This document shows, piece by piece, positions 1 to 10,236 of a stretch of 64,000 nucleotides of DNA (position 1 is the stretch's first letter; each line of letters starts with the position of its first letter). The translations under genes were made by a program, and so were the position numbers. Below the pieces are notes generated by a model that saw only the letters and a program-made list of their open reading frames with translations, did no database searches and had not been told where the DNA came from. This DNA is from a virus. The stretch is taken from the IMG/VR virus record IMGVR_UViG_3300042887_001883, positions 10,198 through 74,197 of that record. One strand, 5' to 3'.

Positions 1-200
1 TCTAATTTTGAGATGACATCTGTACTGGCGAATGTATTAGATTTTACATCTTCGGACAGTTTTGTAATTTTTGGAATTTTTTTAAATTTGGTACCTTTTG
101 TAGTTCTTTTAATGATACCGCCAAATAGTGAGCCACGAGCACCGGCTACATTAGCTGTGCTAATTTCACCATCTTCTTGTAAAAAATCAATAAATTTCAT
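1..200 (-). CDS. Hypothetical protein running off the window edge; possible internal head protein (MKFIDFLQEDGE...)
   Basis: ATG at 200 on minus strand, open to position 1; TATAAATA on minus strand at 240-247; N-terminus resembles MKxxE/DxLxE leaders of T4-like internal proteins. Not in the ORF track. Confidence 0.7.
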   Translation of the reverse strand, partial: MKFIDFLQEDGEISTANVAGARGSLFGGIIKRTTKGTKFKKIPKITKLSEDVKSNTFASTDVISKL

Positions 201-238
201 GTGTATACCTTATATTATGTATTACCAACAGGGTCAAT

Positions 239-254
239 ATATTTATATAAATAT
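239..254. promoter_or_regulatory. Palindromic bidirectional T4-type late promoter (TATAAATA on + at 246-253 and on - at 240-247)
   Basis: ATATTTATATAAATAT is a perfect 16-bp palindrome between two divergent genes. Confidence 0.6.
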
Positions 255-284
255 TCATGCTTAATTTTAATAGGATTATAAAGA

Positions 285-3200
285 ATGTATCACCCATCAA
301 ACACCCCATATAATACTATAGCTGAAGGAATCGTACATGATACCAATGACCCACAACGTAGAGGCAGAATTAAAGTTTTTTGTCCAGTATTTGGGGATAT
401 TCCGGGTACCTTAGTAGAAGATTTACCATGGTGTAGATATATTACCCCATATGGAGGCATGGTAAATTCTGATGTAATGGGTAGAGGGCCTTCTGATACC
501 CCAACTGATGGTAGTGTAGCTTATGGAATGTGGGCTATCCCTAAAATTGGGACGATGGTGGCGGTAATGTGTTTAAATGGAGATGCCTCCCGTAGGGTAT
601 ATATTGGATGTATGCCACCAGCATATTCTGAACATACTTTACCACATGGTAGATTTATTGAAAATGATGGCCCATTATCATCATCAGAAAAACCCATTCA
701 GCCATTATATGATAATATGAAGAAGGCTTTTGGTAAGGATAGGGCAAAATTTGAATATCAAACCAGAGGTATGGATTATAGTGTTACTGGATTATCCCAA
801 AAGAATATTGATGCAGGATTAACTAATTCTAAGAAAAAGGATGAAAAAATAGGATATAAGAAATCTAGGATTCAACCTGATTTAAAATATAATGATAGGG
901 AGGATGATACTAATTATGATAGTCAAACATGGTCCTTTACTACCCCAGGATTCCATTCTATATCAATGGATGATAGTCAGGACAATAGTAGAATAAGAAT
1001 AAGAACATCTAGTGGGCACAATATTATATTTGATGATACTAATGAGAGGATTTATATTAACACTGCCGAAGGCAATAATTGGATAGAATTGGACCAAAAT
1101 GGTTCTATTGACATTTATTCTAGTAAATCAATATCTATCAATTCTGATGAGGATATTAATTTAAATGCTAAGAAAGCTATTAGGATGCATGCTAATGATA
1201 TTCATATTAATGCGGATAATGATGTAAATGTAACAGCAGTTAAGGATATTAATATAAATGCTGAAAATATTGCATCGACAGCTAAAGAAGAATATTCTAT
1301 AAAAACCAAAAATTTGGATATGTTTATCAAGAATGCTTTGAAGGTTACTGCAAAAACCATTGGTATACGTGGTAAAGATGCAATGAGTTTATCTAGTAAG
1401 AAAAGTATATTAAAAGGTACTGATACCTTATTCATGAAAGGTGATAAAACTAGTGTTACTGGTTCGAGTATCATGGATGTGTTTGGTAAAAAAATAAATA
1501 TTAAGGGTGAAACTATTGTTAATATGAATGGTAAGGTGGTGGATGTTTCTGCATCACAATCATTGATAACAACAGGTCCTAAAATTGTATCTACTGTTAA
1601 AACGGTAGAAATACCGGCTGCTGACCCGAATGCCTCTGCGGATGCTGCACCTATTGAGCAACCAGTTACCGAAACACCAGATGTTTTGGGTTCTATGACT
1701 GATGATGCTAAACAAACAATTACTGATGAAACCGGATTGACTGAGGATGACTTTGGTGGAATGTCTGGTTCTGATTTTAGTGATGCTATTCAAGGTATGA
1801 TGGCTATTCCAGAATCTGGTACTGCTATGAATAATGTTTTATCATCATTATCCCCAGAAGAATTAAACAATGTATTACAAAATACTACAGATTTATCACA
1901 ATTAATTAATAATGTTCCTGATATTGCGAATATATTAAATTCTATGAATCCAGCAGATTTAGAAAATTTAATAAAAGATAATCCTGATGTTGCAGATACC
2001 TTAGCAAACTTAGATTCTGGTGGAGATGTATTGAAAAATATCCCGGATATTGGTGATACCTTAGAAAATATGGATGACCTTAATAATATGGTTGATAATA
2101 TGAATAGTGATTCCGTTGGTGATTTGTTATCAAATGTATCTAGTGCTAATATGGATAATGTATTTGATAAATCATCTGACACTAATACCTTATTATCAAA
2201 AATACCTAGTAAGGATATGGGGAAAATATTAAGTAATGCCACCCCATCAAAGGCAGCATCATTATTGATGAATAGTTCTGATACCAATAATATTATTTCT
2301 AATATTCCATCATCCGATAGAGCTTCATTATTTGAACGGATGGATTCTGATACTATTGGTCAAATAATGGGTAATGTATCTGATGATAATATAGGGGAAA
2401 CACTATCAACATTATCATCTAGTAAAGTTAATGAAGTTGTTCAACAGTTACCAGTATCAGTATTTGGTAATGCACTATCAAAAATATCCACTAATAAATT
2501 AGATAATTTGGATGATATTGATAATGTGAATATGGATGATATTAAATCTAGTATTGCTACTGAATCATTTAATGATGAAAATATGACGAAGGCAGATATT
2601 GGTGAAACATTAGCTAATATGGATGTTGATGAGTTAGAAAATACATTAGATAATTTAGATGATGTTGGTGAAACATTATCCACTATTCCAGGATGTCATG
2701 CTGGTAGTGTTTTACGAAAAATAAATGACCCTAATTCATTATTAAAAACATTATCTAGTAAACATGTTGGTAATATTCTCACAAATGCCCCTGGTGGGGA
2801 TGTAACAGAAATTAGTGATAATGGTACGGGTGAGGTGTTATCTAATCTTGATGGTGATGATTTGGGTAATATTATGAATAATATGACTGGTGCTGATGTT
2901 AGTAGCATGTTGAACAGTATGCCAGATTATAGTAGTAAAGTATTTTCAAATATTCCGGGTTCTGCATTAGCTGAGATTGTTGGTAAAATACCAGAACAAG
3001 ATATTAATGATATCATATCTAATATGTCAGATAATGAAATAATAGATAAAGTATCATCTTTGAGTCCTACAGAAATGGGAGATTTTTTGGCAGCATTACC
3101 AAGTAATTTAGCATCAGATATTTTAGATAAGATGAACAATAGCAATATAGATAATTTATCATCATCTATTTCCCCTGATGCATTAGGTAATATGGTTAGT

Positions 3201-3383
3201 GGTATGGAATATGATAGTGATGCTATTTCTATTACTGCAAAAATTGCAGCATATCCTTCAAGAATCCCACTTCATGAACCATGGGGACGAACAGATACTA
3301 AGAGTGATGATGATATGTCACCTAAATATGATTATGATTCTATAGAAAAAGATTCAACCCGTAACAAATATTGGAAAAGATAA
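285..3383 (+). CDS. gp5: Baseplate hub/central spike, gp5/VgrG-like, with long acidic helical insertion
   Basis: N-terminal OB-fold motif (DTNDPQRRGRIKVFCP, LPWC, GMWAIPKIGTMVAV), IRIRTSSGHNIIFDD, beta-helix-like repeats, C-terminal RIPLHEPW; directly upstream of gp25. Confidence 0.85.
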   Translation: MYHPSNTPYNTIAEGIVHDTNDPQRRGRIKVFCPVFGDIPGTLVEDLPWCRYITPYGGMVNSDVMGRGPSDTPTDGSVAYGMWAIPKIGTMVAVMCLNGDASRRVYIGCMPPAYSEHTLPHGRFIENDGPLSSSEKPIQPLYDNMKKAFGKDRAKFEYQTRGMDYSVTGLSQKNIDAGLTNSKKKDEKIGYKKSRIQPDLKYNDREDDTNYDSQTWSFTTPGFHSISMDDSQDNSRIRIRTSSGHNIIFDDTNERIYINTAEGNNWIELDQNGSIDIYSSKSISINSDEDINLNAKKAIRMHANDIHINADNDVNVTAVKDININAENIASTAKEEYSIKTKNLDMFIKNALKVTAKTIGIRGKDAMSLSSKKSILKGTDTLFMKGDKTSVTGSSIMDVFGKKINIKGETIVNMNGKVVDVSASQSLITTGPKIVSTVKTVEIPAADPNASADAAPIEQPVTETPDVLGSMTDDAKQTITDETGLTEDDFGGMSGSDFSDAIQGMMAIPESGTAMNNVLSSLSPEELNNVLQNTTDLSQLINNVPDIANILNSMNPADLENLIKDNPDVADTLANLDSGGDVLKNIPDIGDTLENMDDLNNMVDNMNSDSVGDLLSNVSSANMDNVFDKSSDTNTLLSKIPSKDMGKILSNATPSKAASLLMNSSDTNNIISNIPSSDRASLFERMDSDTIGQIMGNVSDDNIGETLSTLSSSKVNEVVQQLPVSVFGNALSKISTNKLDNLDDIDNVNMDDIKSSIATESFNDENMTKADIGETLANMDVDELENTLDNLDDVGETLSTIPGCHAGSVLRKINDPNSLLKTLSSKHVGNILTNAPGGDVTEISDNGTGEVLSNLDGDDLGNIMNNMTGADVSSMLNSMPDYSSKVFSNIPGSALAEIVGKIPEQDINDIISNMSDNEIIDKVSSLSPTEMGDFLAALPSNLASDILDKMNNSNIDNLSSSISPDALGNMVSGMEYDSDAISITAKIAAYPSRIPLHEPWGRTDTKSDDDMSPKYDYDSIEKDSTRNKYWKR

Positions 3384-3841
3384 TGGCATTATATAAAGGT
3401 TTTTCAAGTATCGATTATAAATCTGGTACAATTGCAAAAGGGGTATTCCCATCTAGTAATGAATTGAAGACGATGGCACCTATAGAAACATCATTAGGAT
3501 TAGAATATTCTGGTAATAATACATTTATATTAACAGATATTCAATTAGTAGAACGAAATATCATGAATCATATATTTACAAAGAAGGGTTCAAGATTAAT
3601 GATGCCCAAATTTGGTTCAATAATTCCAGATTTATTATTTGAACCTATGGACGAAGATACTATTTTTAGATGTAAATCAGAATTGGAAAAAGTGGTTAAT
3701 TATGACCCTAGGGTAAAATTAAATGGTATTATTGTGACACCGGTATATGATTCTAATGTATTAAATGTCACACTTAATCTATATTATATAGAATTAAATG
3801 TGACACAAAATATGAATTTTAATTTAGAATTTTTAGGATAG
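3383..3841 (+). CDS. gp25: Baseplate wedge subunit gp25-like
   Basis: NHIFTKKGSRLMMPKFGSIIPDLLFEP and VVNYDPRV motifs; start reset to ATG 3383 (TAATG overlap). Confidence 0.9.
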   Translation: MALYKGFSSIDYKSGTIAKGVFPSSNELKTMAPIETSLGLEYSGNNTFILTDIQLVERNIMNHIFTKKGSRLMMPKFGSIIPDLLFEPMDEDTIFRCKSELEKVVNYDPRVKLNGIIVTPVYDSNVLNVTLNLYYIELNVTQNMNFNLEFLG

Positions 3842-4876
3842 ACCTAACGATGCTAGAGTATCATTTAATGCAAATGCTGCTCTAACACCAGGTTTAGAAT
3901 TTAATAATGTTTGTTGTGATTTATATGTCCAACCGGATGGAGTACGGGTGAATTGTCCAATTATATAAGTAGTATTTGGAGTGTTTGACACATTTTTAGT
4001 TATTGTATTAAGGTTAAAATTTGCAATATCTACATTAGGATTTACCGTAGTATCAACAATTCTTGAAGTTAATGATGTCATCAGACCAAAAGAATCACTG
4101 GTATATTCAAGCATTCCCAATAATATAGTATCATATGGTATTATAGTTAAATCAATATCATATGATTCTTCTGTTCCCCCTTGTTGTATATCACCATTAT
4201 AAGTTAATCCGGTATAAGAACCAAATGCACCCCCTACTGCTGTTTTATACATCTCACATAACCCAGTTGAGCCATAACCAACAACTACAGAATCTAAATC
4301 TACGGCCCCACCCCAAGTCATACCAAATTTAATAGTGTTGTAGTTGATGGCAACTACTCCTGGTGGTAATGCAGCAGTGGTGGTAGTAGTAGGAGCTTCT
4401 GTTGATGTAGTTGTGGTTGGTGCAGCAGTAGTTGTGGTAGTAGGAGCTGCTGTCGATGTAGTTGTGGTTGGTGCAGCAGTAGTTGTGGTAGTAGGAGCTG
4501 CTGTCGATGTAGTTGTGGTTGGTGCAGCAGTAGTTGTGGTAGTAGGAGCTGCTGTCGATGTAGTTGTGGTAGTAGGCATCTCTTCATATGATACTTGCAT
4601 CCACGGACCATCTGGATATTCCTTACCAGTATACAGTTTTAACATATCCTTACTATTATCATACCAAAGCATCCCAATTATCGGGTGTGGTGGAGCTTCC
4701 CCACTACAAAAGTTCTCTAATAGGTAATATAAGTTGTTTTGAAATTGTTGACCATATTCTCTAAAATTTTTACCATAAAGTGTTATTGGTAAATTACTAT
4801 CAGTATCATATGGTTCTATAATATCATTTTGTGCTACTTGTAGTGTAGCACTACCAGAGGTTTTTAACTTATACAT
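3833..4876 (-). CDS. Fibre/appendage protein: shared N-terminal module + Thr-rich linker + TerD-like domain
   Basis: LYGKNFREYG...LLENFC...GMLWYD; (T4-5AAP)n; WGGAVDLD...GD...EESYDIDL...RIVD...GQFTRTPSGW. Confidence 0.7.
   Translation of the reverse strand: MYKLKTSGSATLQVAQNDIIEPYDTDSNLPITLYGKNFREYGQQFQNNLYYLLENFCSGEAPPHPIIGMLWYDNSKDMLKLYTGKEYPDGPWMQVSYEEMPTTTTTSTAAPTTTTTAAPTTTTSTAAPTTTTTAAPTTTTSTAAPTTTTTAAPTTTTSTEAPTTTTTAALPPGVVAINYNTIKFGMTWGGAVDLDSVVVGYGSTGLCEMYKTAVGGAFGSYTGLTYNGDIQQGGTEESYDIDLTIIPYDTILLGMLEYTSDSFGLMTSLTSRIVDTTVNPNVDIANFNLNTITKNVSNTPNTTYIIGQFTRTPSGWTYKSQQTLLNSKPGVRAAFALNDTLASLGLS
4407..4559. repeat. 3 x 51-bp tandem repeat encoding TTTTSTAAPTTTTTAAP
   Basis: Copies start at 4407, 4458, 4509. 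Confidence 0.9.
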
Positions 4877-4881
4877 TATTA

Positions 4882-6726
4882 TTACTCATTAAAAAATCTA
4901 CCAGATTGGCCAGTGACATAATTATAATATAATTTATACAAGGTAGCCGTCGAACTAGCTGCTGGATATGTTATTGATTGTATTCCGGAAATAGGACTAC
5001 CTGCAATTATTGCAGAAATATCAGAAACACCAGTTATTGTATTTTTAACATTTATTAAACTATATGTATACGTTTGTGCGAGTTTTTTATTATTATTCAT
5101 AGTTAATAACAAATACATATCATCAGTAGTATTAGTAATTTTCCCACAATAAATAACATCTAATATTACGGTAGCACTTAATGTAGGAGTAGGTACTCTT
5201 TCATCGGTAACAGATGTAGGTTTATCAATACTTGTTCCTATATTCGAAGTAAGACCAGTTACTGAAGTTCCCGTGGAACTTATTGCATGGCAACGTAATT
5301 CTACATCCATAATAGTAAAACATACCTGATTTTGTGATATTCTACTATTTGATTTAAAATGTATAGGAAATGTATTATTTAATATCAAATAACCTTTATT
5401 TGATAGGTTATAAGTAATTTGGTCACCTGCGAGATTAACACCATAAAAATTAATATCATAATTGGTGTTTTTAGATATAAAAATTTGTTTTTGTAGGTTA
5501 TAACCATCATTTGGTGTGTCTAAAATGGTGATATTAGATGAAGATAATGCATTGGTAGGATAGGTAGTTGTTGTTTTAGCCACACTATCGTATATTTTAA
5601 CTTGTTGAGCATTATTACCGTTGGCGATAGTATCAACAATATAACCAGTATCATCAATTTTTTTAGTATTTGCAGTTATGGTAATATCAGATAATGATGT
5701 GTCTATTGATGATGATAAATTGCCATCAACATTAACAATATATTTCACTAATTTGTATTCTGTTATCCCTATATTCTTAGGTGGTAATGTCATTATTTGC
5801 GAGAATGACATATAATCTGATGATACTATCAAACTATTAGGTATATTGGTACATGCATAGTTACCTAATGCATTATTTAACGTTATTAAACTTCCGGTGG
5901 ATTTAACGGTTTTTGTAGAATCATATACAATATAAGAACCATAATTATAAGTATCGATGAAAATATCATATACATTATTAACAAAATCTTTTAATGCTAT
6001 GTGTGTTAAACGGTCAAACGAATTTATAATTTTTGGTACAATCGCGGGAGGCGGTATAAAGGTGATAGTTGCATCATATGATGGACTACTAACCATATCA
6101 GCAATATTTCCAGTTAGACCAGTAAATGCACTAATATTAAATGATACTTTGAAAATGGTCGTATTCATATTAAATAATGGTGACGAACCAGTAAATGATA
6201 TTTCTACAGTAGATGATGTAACATCAACTTTTGGTATTAACCCAGTAGGGACATTAGTAATATTATAATCGGTACCATTAACTAATGTTGTTTTAAAGGT
6301 AGTACCAGATAAAGTGGCTGTTAGCTTTCCAACTACTATTCCAGTATTTGCCGAAGTTTCTGCAAAATCTACTACGGTCCATGTTATTTTATTAGCTGAA
6401 GATAATGGTGGGGCAGATGATGCTAATGATGGTATATAATCCACTTTTAACCATGGTCCCCTAGGGTAGGATTCACCGGTGAACAATTTTAAATATTTTA
6501 GTGCTGAATCGTACCATAACATTCCTACGGCAGGATTTAACGGTGCATCTTCTCCACAAAAATTTTCTAATAGATAGAAAAAATTGTTTTGTAATTCTTG
6601 ACCATAATTTGGTCTACCTTGCCCATATAAAGTTAATGGTAATTTTGCATTTTTTGCTACTGATGTTAATTGTTTAACAACAATTTCAGCATCAGCATCT
6701 CTATCTAGTTGTAAATTATATTGCAT
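4882..6726 (-). CDS. Fibre/appendage protein: shared N-terminal module, Ig-like domain, unknown beta-rich C-terminus
   Basis: LTLYGQGRPNYG...LLENFC...GMLWYD; start reset to 6726 (MQYNLQ) by alignment with paralogs and promoter position. Confidence 0.7.
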   Translation of the reverse strand: MQYNLQLDRDADAEIVVKQLTSVAKNAKLPLTLYGQGRPNYGQELQNNFFYLLENFCGEDAPLNPAVGMLWYDSALKYLKLFTGESYPRGPWLKVDYIPSLASSAPPLSSANKITWTVVDFAETSANTGIVVGKLTATLSGTTFKTTLVNGTDYNITNVPTGLIPKVDVTSSTVEISFTGSSPLFNMNTTIFKVSFNISAFTGLTGNIADMVSSPSYDATITFIPPPAIVPKIINSFDRLTHIALKDFVNNVYDIFIDTYNYGSYIVYDSTKTVKSTGSLITLNNALGNYACTNIPNSLIVSSDYMSFSQIMTLPPKNIGITEYKLVKYIVNVDGNLSSSIDTSLSDITITANTKKIDDTGYIVDTIANGNNAQQVKIYDSVAKTTTTYPTNALSSSNITILDTPNDGYNLQKQIFISKNTNYDINFYGVNLAGDQITYNLSNKGYLILNNTFPIHFKSNSRISQNQVCFTIMDVELRCHAISSTGTSVTGLTSNIGTSIDKPTSVTDERVPTPTLSATVILDVIYCGKITNTTDDMYLLLTMNNNKKLAQTYTYSLINVKNTITGVSDISAIIAGSPISGIQSITYPAASSTATLYKLYYNYVTGQSGRFFNE

Positions 6727-6755
6727 TATAGAAATCCTCAGAATTATCTCTGCAT

Positions 6756-6770
6756 TATTTATTATAAATA
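6756..6770. promoter_or_regulatory. Back-to-back late promoters (AATAAATA - strand 6756-6763; TATAAATA + strand 6763-6770)
   Basis: Located between divergent starts at 6726 and 6808. Confidence 0.55.
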
Positions 6771-6807
6771 TAGCATAATCCATTTTTTAGGAAATTGTTT
6801 AAATATT

Positions 6808-9800
6808 ATGGCTATCAATTTATCAAAAGCAGAGTCTTGGGACCAACGGTTTAAAACAAATAATTTTATCAATTTTGCCGCATATGACTATTCAACAGTT
6901 AAACAAGCATTAATTGACTATGTTAAATTATATCATCCAGAACAATTCCAAAATTTCATTGAAAGTGATGAATTAATTGCTATTTTAGAATCATTTGCAT
7001 ATATTTCGGAATTATATAGTTATCGATTAGATTCAGTGGCTAATGAAAATTTATTATCTACCGCCCAACGTAAAGATTCTATTTTAAATTTAGCAAAATT
7101 TATTTCCTATAACCCATCACGGAATATGCCTGGTGTGGGTTTGGTAAAAATAACATCAATTAGTACCACAGAAAACATTTATGATATTAATGGAACTAAT
7201 TTAGCTAATACTACGGTACTGTGGAACGATTCAAATAATTCAAATTGGAAATCCCAATTTTTTGCCATTATTGATTCAGTTATCAAATCTACCTTTGGTG
7301 ATGTAACACCTAACAATAGAGTTCAAGTATATGACCAGATTTTTGAATCATATACTCTTAATAATGTACCATTAACCAATGGTGTTATCCCATATCAAAT
7401 ACAGTACCAAAATAAAAATATTGCTTTTGAATTAGTATCATCATTATTAGATGAAAATGGGCCTTACGAACAAACTCCTACATCATATACTACTGGAAAC
7501 AATTTTAACATTATATATGGTACAGATGGTTTAGGTGATTCTTCAGATTATACTGGTTTCTTTATATTAACCAAACAAGGTACATTATCAAAAACCACTA
7601 CTATAAAATTTGATGGTGTTACCCCTCATCAAAAATATTCGCCAAATTTCACCAATGTTAATAATATTGATGTATGGTTAAACCAATTAAAAACTAATTC
7701 CGCACCAGTAACATGGTCAGCAGTAGAAACAGTAAATTCACAAAACATCATTTTTAATGATAATACGAAGAAAAATGTTTACCAAATTGAAACATTAGAC
7801 AATGATGCGATTAATCTAGTTTTTGGTGATGGTGAATTTTCTAATATTCCTAACGGTACTTTCGAATGTTGGGCTAGACTTTCTGACCCAGACCCAATAC
7901 CTATTCCAAAATCTGCTATCAGTGAAATTAAGACAAATATTACATATCTTGATGGTTTAGATAATATACAAAATGTTATCTTAACTTTTTCGGCGGTACA
8001 TGCCATTCAAAACTCTTCCGCCAGTGAAGATGCCAGTCATATCAAAATCAATGCACCAGCCGTCTATTCTACACAAAATAGAATGGTTAATGGTTCTGAC
8101 TATAATTCATTTTTATTGCAAGATAATACCATATTAAAATTGAATTCGGTTAATAGAACATATTCAGGACAATCAAAATATACTGATTTTAATGACCCTA
8201 GTGATACTTATCATAATATAAACCACTTTGGTACCGATTTATCAATCTATGTTGAGGATGAAGTTAAAAACATTTCTAACATTAAAATATCATCAGCTTT
8301 AACTATTCTTAATAATATTGAAGCAGAATTATTACCGTTAAAAGAATGTGAATTATATAGAACATCACATGGTTTAACAGTAAGAAGAACATTAACAGAT
8401 GTTGAAAAACATAATATTTTATTTAATTATATGGGACAAAAATATTGGGCTACCGATAATAATCCCAGCAATCCAGTATATCCAATCATCATTAAATTGG
8501 AAAATGATACCTACCTTGCAAAAAATTATAGTTCGGTAGATGACAATTGGCTATTTTATATTGATTATAAAAATGAAAAATATGAAATAAAATATAAAGT
8601 TACTAATATTAATGTTAATAGTAAATCTACTAAATTTTGGAATAATAATATAGATTCTGATAATATTACTATATTACATACCAATACGTCTAATGTACGT
8701 ACAAAAAATAATACTACCCTATTAAAATCTAATATTGTTTTACCAGTAATTAAAGAAGTTTTATATAAAACTCCTATAAAATTAAAAGGGTCATTGGATG
8801 TACATAGTTTAAATGTAGAATTACCTAATAATGATTATAACCAAATATTACCATTATTAAATAATGCTATTTCCTTAACTATTCCAGAGGTAGAAAATTA
8901 TTTTGATGGTGCCGAATATTATAGATTGTTTGGTAGAGTGTTTGATGTTCCATTTGATTCATATGATGTAAAATTTCCCACTATTGAACTAGATTATTCA
9001 TTCTTAACAATGGATGTAGATGTGGTTAGCACATCAGCATCATCTAGTAATACATTACAGTGGCATACTGAAAAACCATTAGCAGTTATTGATGTTTTTG
9101 ATAATGCATTTGTTGGGCAAATATCAATAACATCAGAAAAATCAATATTTAATACTGATTACCCATTTACTACAACAACTGGAAAATCTAATCTATTATC
9201 AATTATGGCAACTGACCATACTGATGCAGAAGCTATTATTAAGAATATTACCACTACTAAAATATCTGCCACACAAAATAAATTAGTATTAGAAGTATCT
9301 ATTACAGTAATGAATAATGATTTTAAAACTGGAATATTAACACTATCACAAGATGCATTATTAGAAACCATAGCAGATTTGGACCGTAGTTATGCAATGC
9401 CGATATGGTCAAATTTATCTGGATTATCTAATAGTATTACAGTCACCAATCTTGGTGATTCTGCGACTATTAATATTTTGATTAAGGATTATGTCTATTT
9501 TCATAGACCATCTATAGATGATGCTTTTGAAATTGTTACTGAAGATACTCATAAAATTGGTTGGTATAATGAATATATGAATAAGGTTTCATCAGTAACT
9601 GCATTATATAAAAGATGTCCAGGACGAAGTAATATAAATTATGTTTGGCAACATTCACCAACAATAGATAATAGAATTAATCCATCATCATCAAATATTA
9701 TTGATTGTTTTGTTATTACTAATGGTTATTATAAAAGCATGATTAATTGGATTAAAGGTTCATTAGCTACTAAACCTTCTCAACCATTACCACATGAATT

Positions 9801-10236
9801 AAGAGCTGCTTATAGTTCATTAATGAATAAAAAAATGATATCTGATGAATTAGTTATTAAATCTGGAAAATTGAAAATATTGTTTGGTTCACAAGCATCA
9901 GCAGATTTACAAGCAAAATTCATTATTATTAAGTCTAATAATGCTTATTATAATGATAATCAAATAAAGTCTATTATTGTTAGTTCAGTATATGAATTCT
10001 TTGATATTAATTTATGGAATTTTGGGGATACTTTTAATTTTACGGAATTATCTACTTATATTCATAATAAATTAAATTCGAACGTTAGTTCAGTTCTTAT
10101 TAGACCAAAAAATGATTTACAACATTTTGGTGAATTATTCCAAGTATTTTCCATGGAAGATGAAATATTAATTCCATCAATTACTGTTGATGATATCGAA
10201 ATTGTCCCATACTTAGCCGCATCATATCTATCATGA
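6808..10236 (+). CDS. gp6: Baseplate wedge protein gp6-like
   Basis: NFAAYDYSTVKQALIDY, NENLLSTAQRKDSILNLAKFISYNP, LVFGDGEF, APAVYSTQNRMVNGSDY; start reset to MAINLSK at 6808. Confidence 0.85.
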   Translation: MAINLSKAESWDQRFKTNNFINFAAYDYSTVKQALIDYVKLYHPEQFQNFIESDELIAILESFAYISELYSYRLDSVANENLLSTAQRKDSILNLAKFISYNPSRNMPGVGLVKITSISTTENIYDINGTNLANTTVLWNDSNNSNWKSQFFAIIDSVIKSTFGDVTPNNRVQVYDQIFESYTLNNVPLTNGVIPYQIQYQNKNIAFELVSSLLDENGPYEQTPTSYTTGNNFNIIYGTDGLGDSSDYTGFFILTKQGTLSKTTTIKFDGVTPHQKYSPNFTNVNNIDVWLNQLKTNSAPVTWSAVETVNSQNIIFNDNTKKNVYQIETLDNDAINLVFGDGEFSNIPNGTFECWARLSDPDPIPIPKSAISEIKTNITYLDGLDNIQNVILTFSAVHAIQNSSASEDASHIKINAPAVYSTQNRMVNGSDYNSFLLQDNTILKLNSVNRTYSGQSKYTDFNDPSDTYHNINHFGTDLSIYVEDEVKNISNIKISSALTILNNIEAELLPLKECELYRTSHGLTVRRTLTDVEKHNILFNYMGQKYWATDNNPSNPVYPIIIKLENDTYLAKNYSSVDDNWLFYIDYKNEKYEIKYKVTNINVNSKSTKFWNNNIDSDNITILHTNTSNVRTKNNTTLLKSNIVLPVIKEVLYKTPIKLKGSLDVHSLNVELPNNDYNQILPLLNNAISLTIPEVENYFDGAEYYRLFGRVFDVPFDSYDVKFPTIELDYSFLTMDVDVVSTSASSSNTLQWHTEKPLAVIDVFDNAFVGQISITSEKSIFNTDYPFTTTTGKSNLLSIMATDHTDAEAIIKNITTTKISATQNKLVLEVSITVMNNDFKTGILTLSQDALLETIADLDRSYAMPIWSNLSGLSNSITVTNLGDSATINILIKDYVYFHRPSIDDAFEIVTEDTHKIGWYNEYMNKVSSVTALYKRCPGRSNINYVWQHSPTIDNRINPSSSNIIDCFVITNGYYKSMINWIKGSLATKPSQPLPHELRAAYSSLMNKKMISDELVIKSGKLKILFGSQASADLQAKFIIIKSNNAYYNDNQIKSIIVSSVYEFFDINLWNFGDTFNFTELSTYIHNKLNSNVSSVLIRPKNDLQHFGELFQVFSMEDEILIPSITVDDIEIVPYLAASYLS

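Noticed and set aside
13-264. 83-aa plus-strand ORF
   Set aside because: Antisense to a better-supported minus-strand gene starting at 200 and runs through the promoter palindrome
285-3841. Bacterial T6SS, tailocin or eCIS locus
   Set aside because: Terminase, neck and head-completion genes plus T4-type late promoters indicate a true phage
4407-4559. CRISPR-like array
   Set aside because: Contiguous in-frame coding repeats without unique spacers
4344-4727. Val-rich antisense ORFs (also 15985, 17485, 20178, 48050, 60993)
   Set aside because: Shadow frames of Thr-codon tracts on the coding strand
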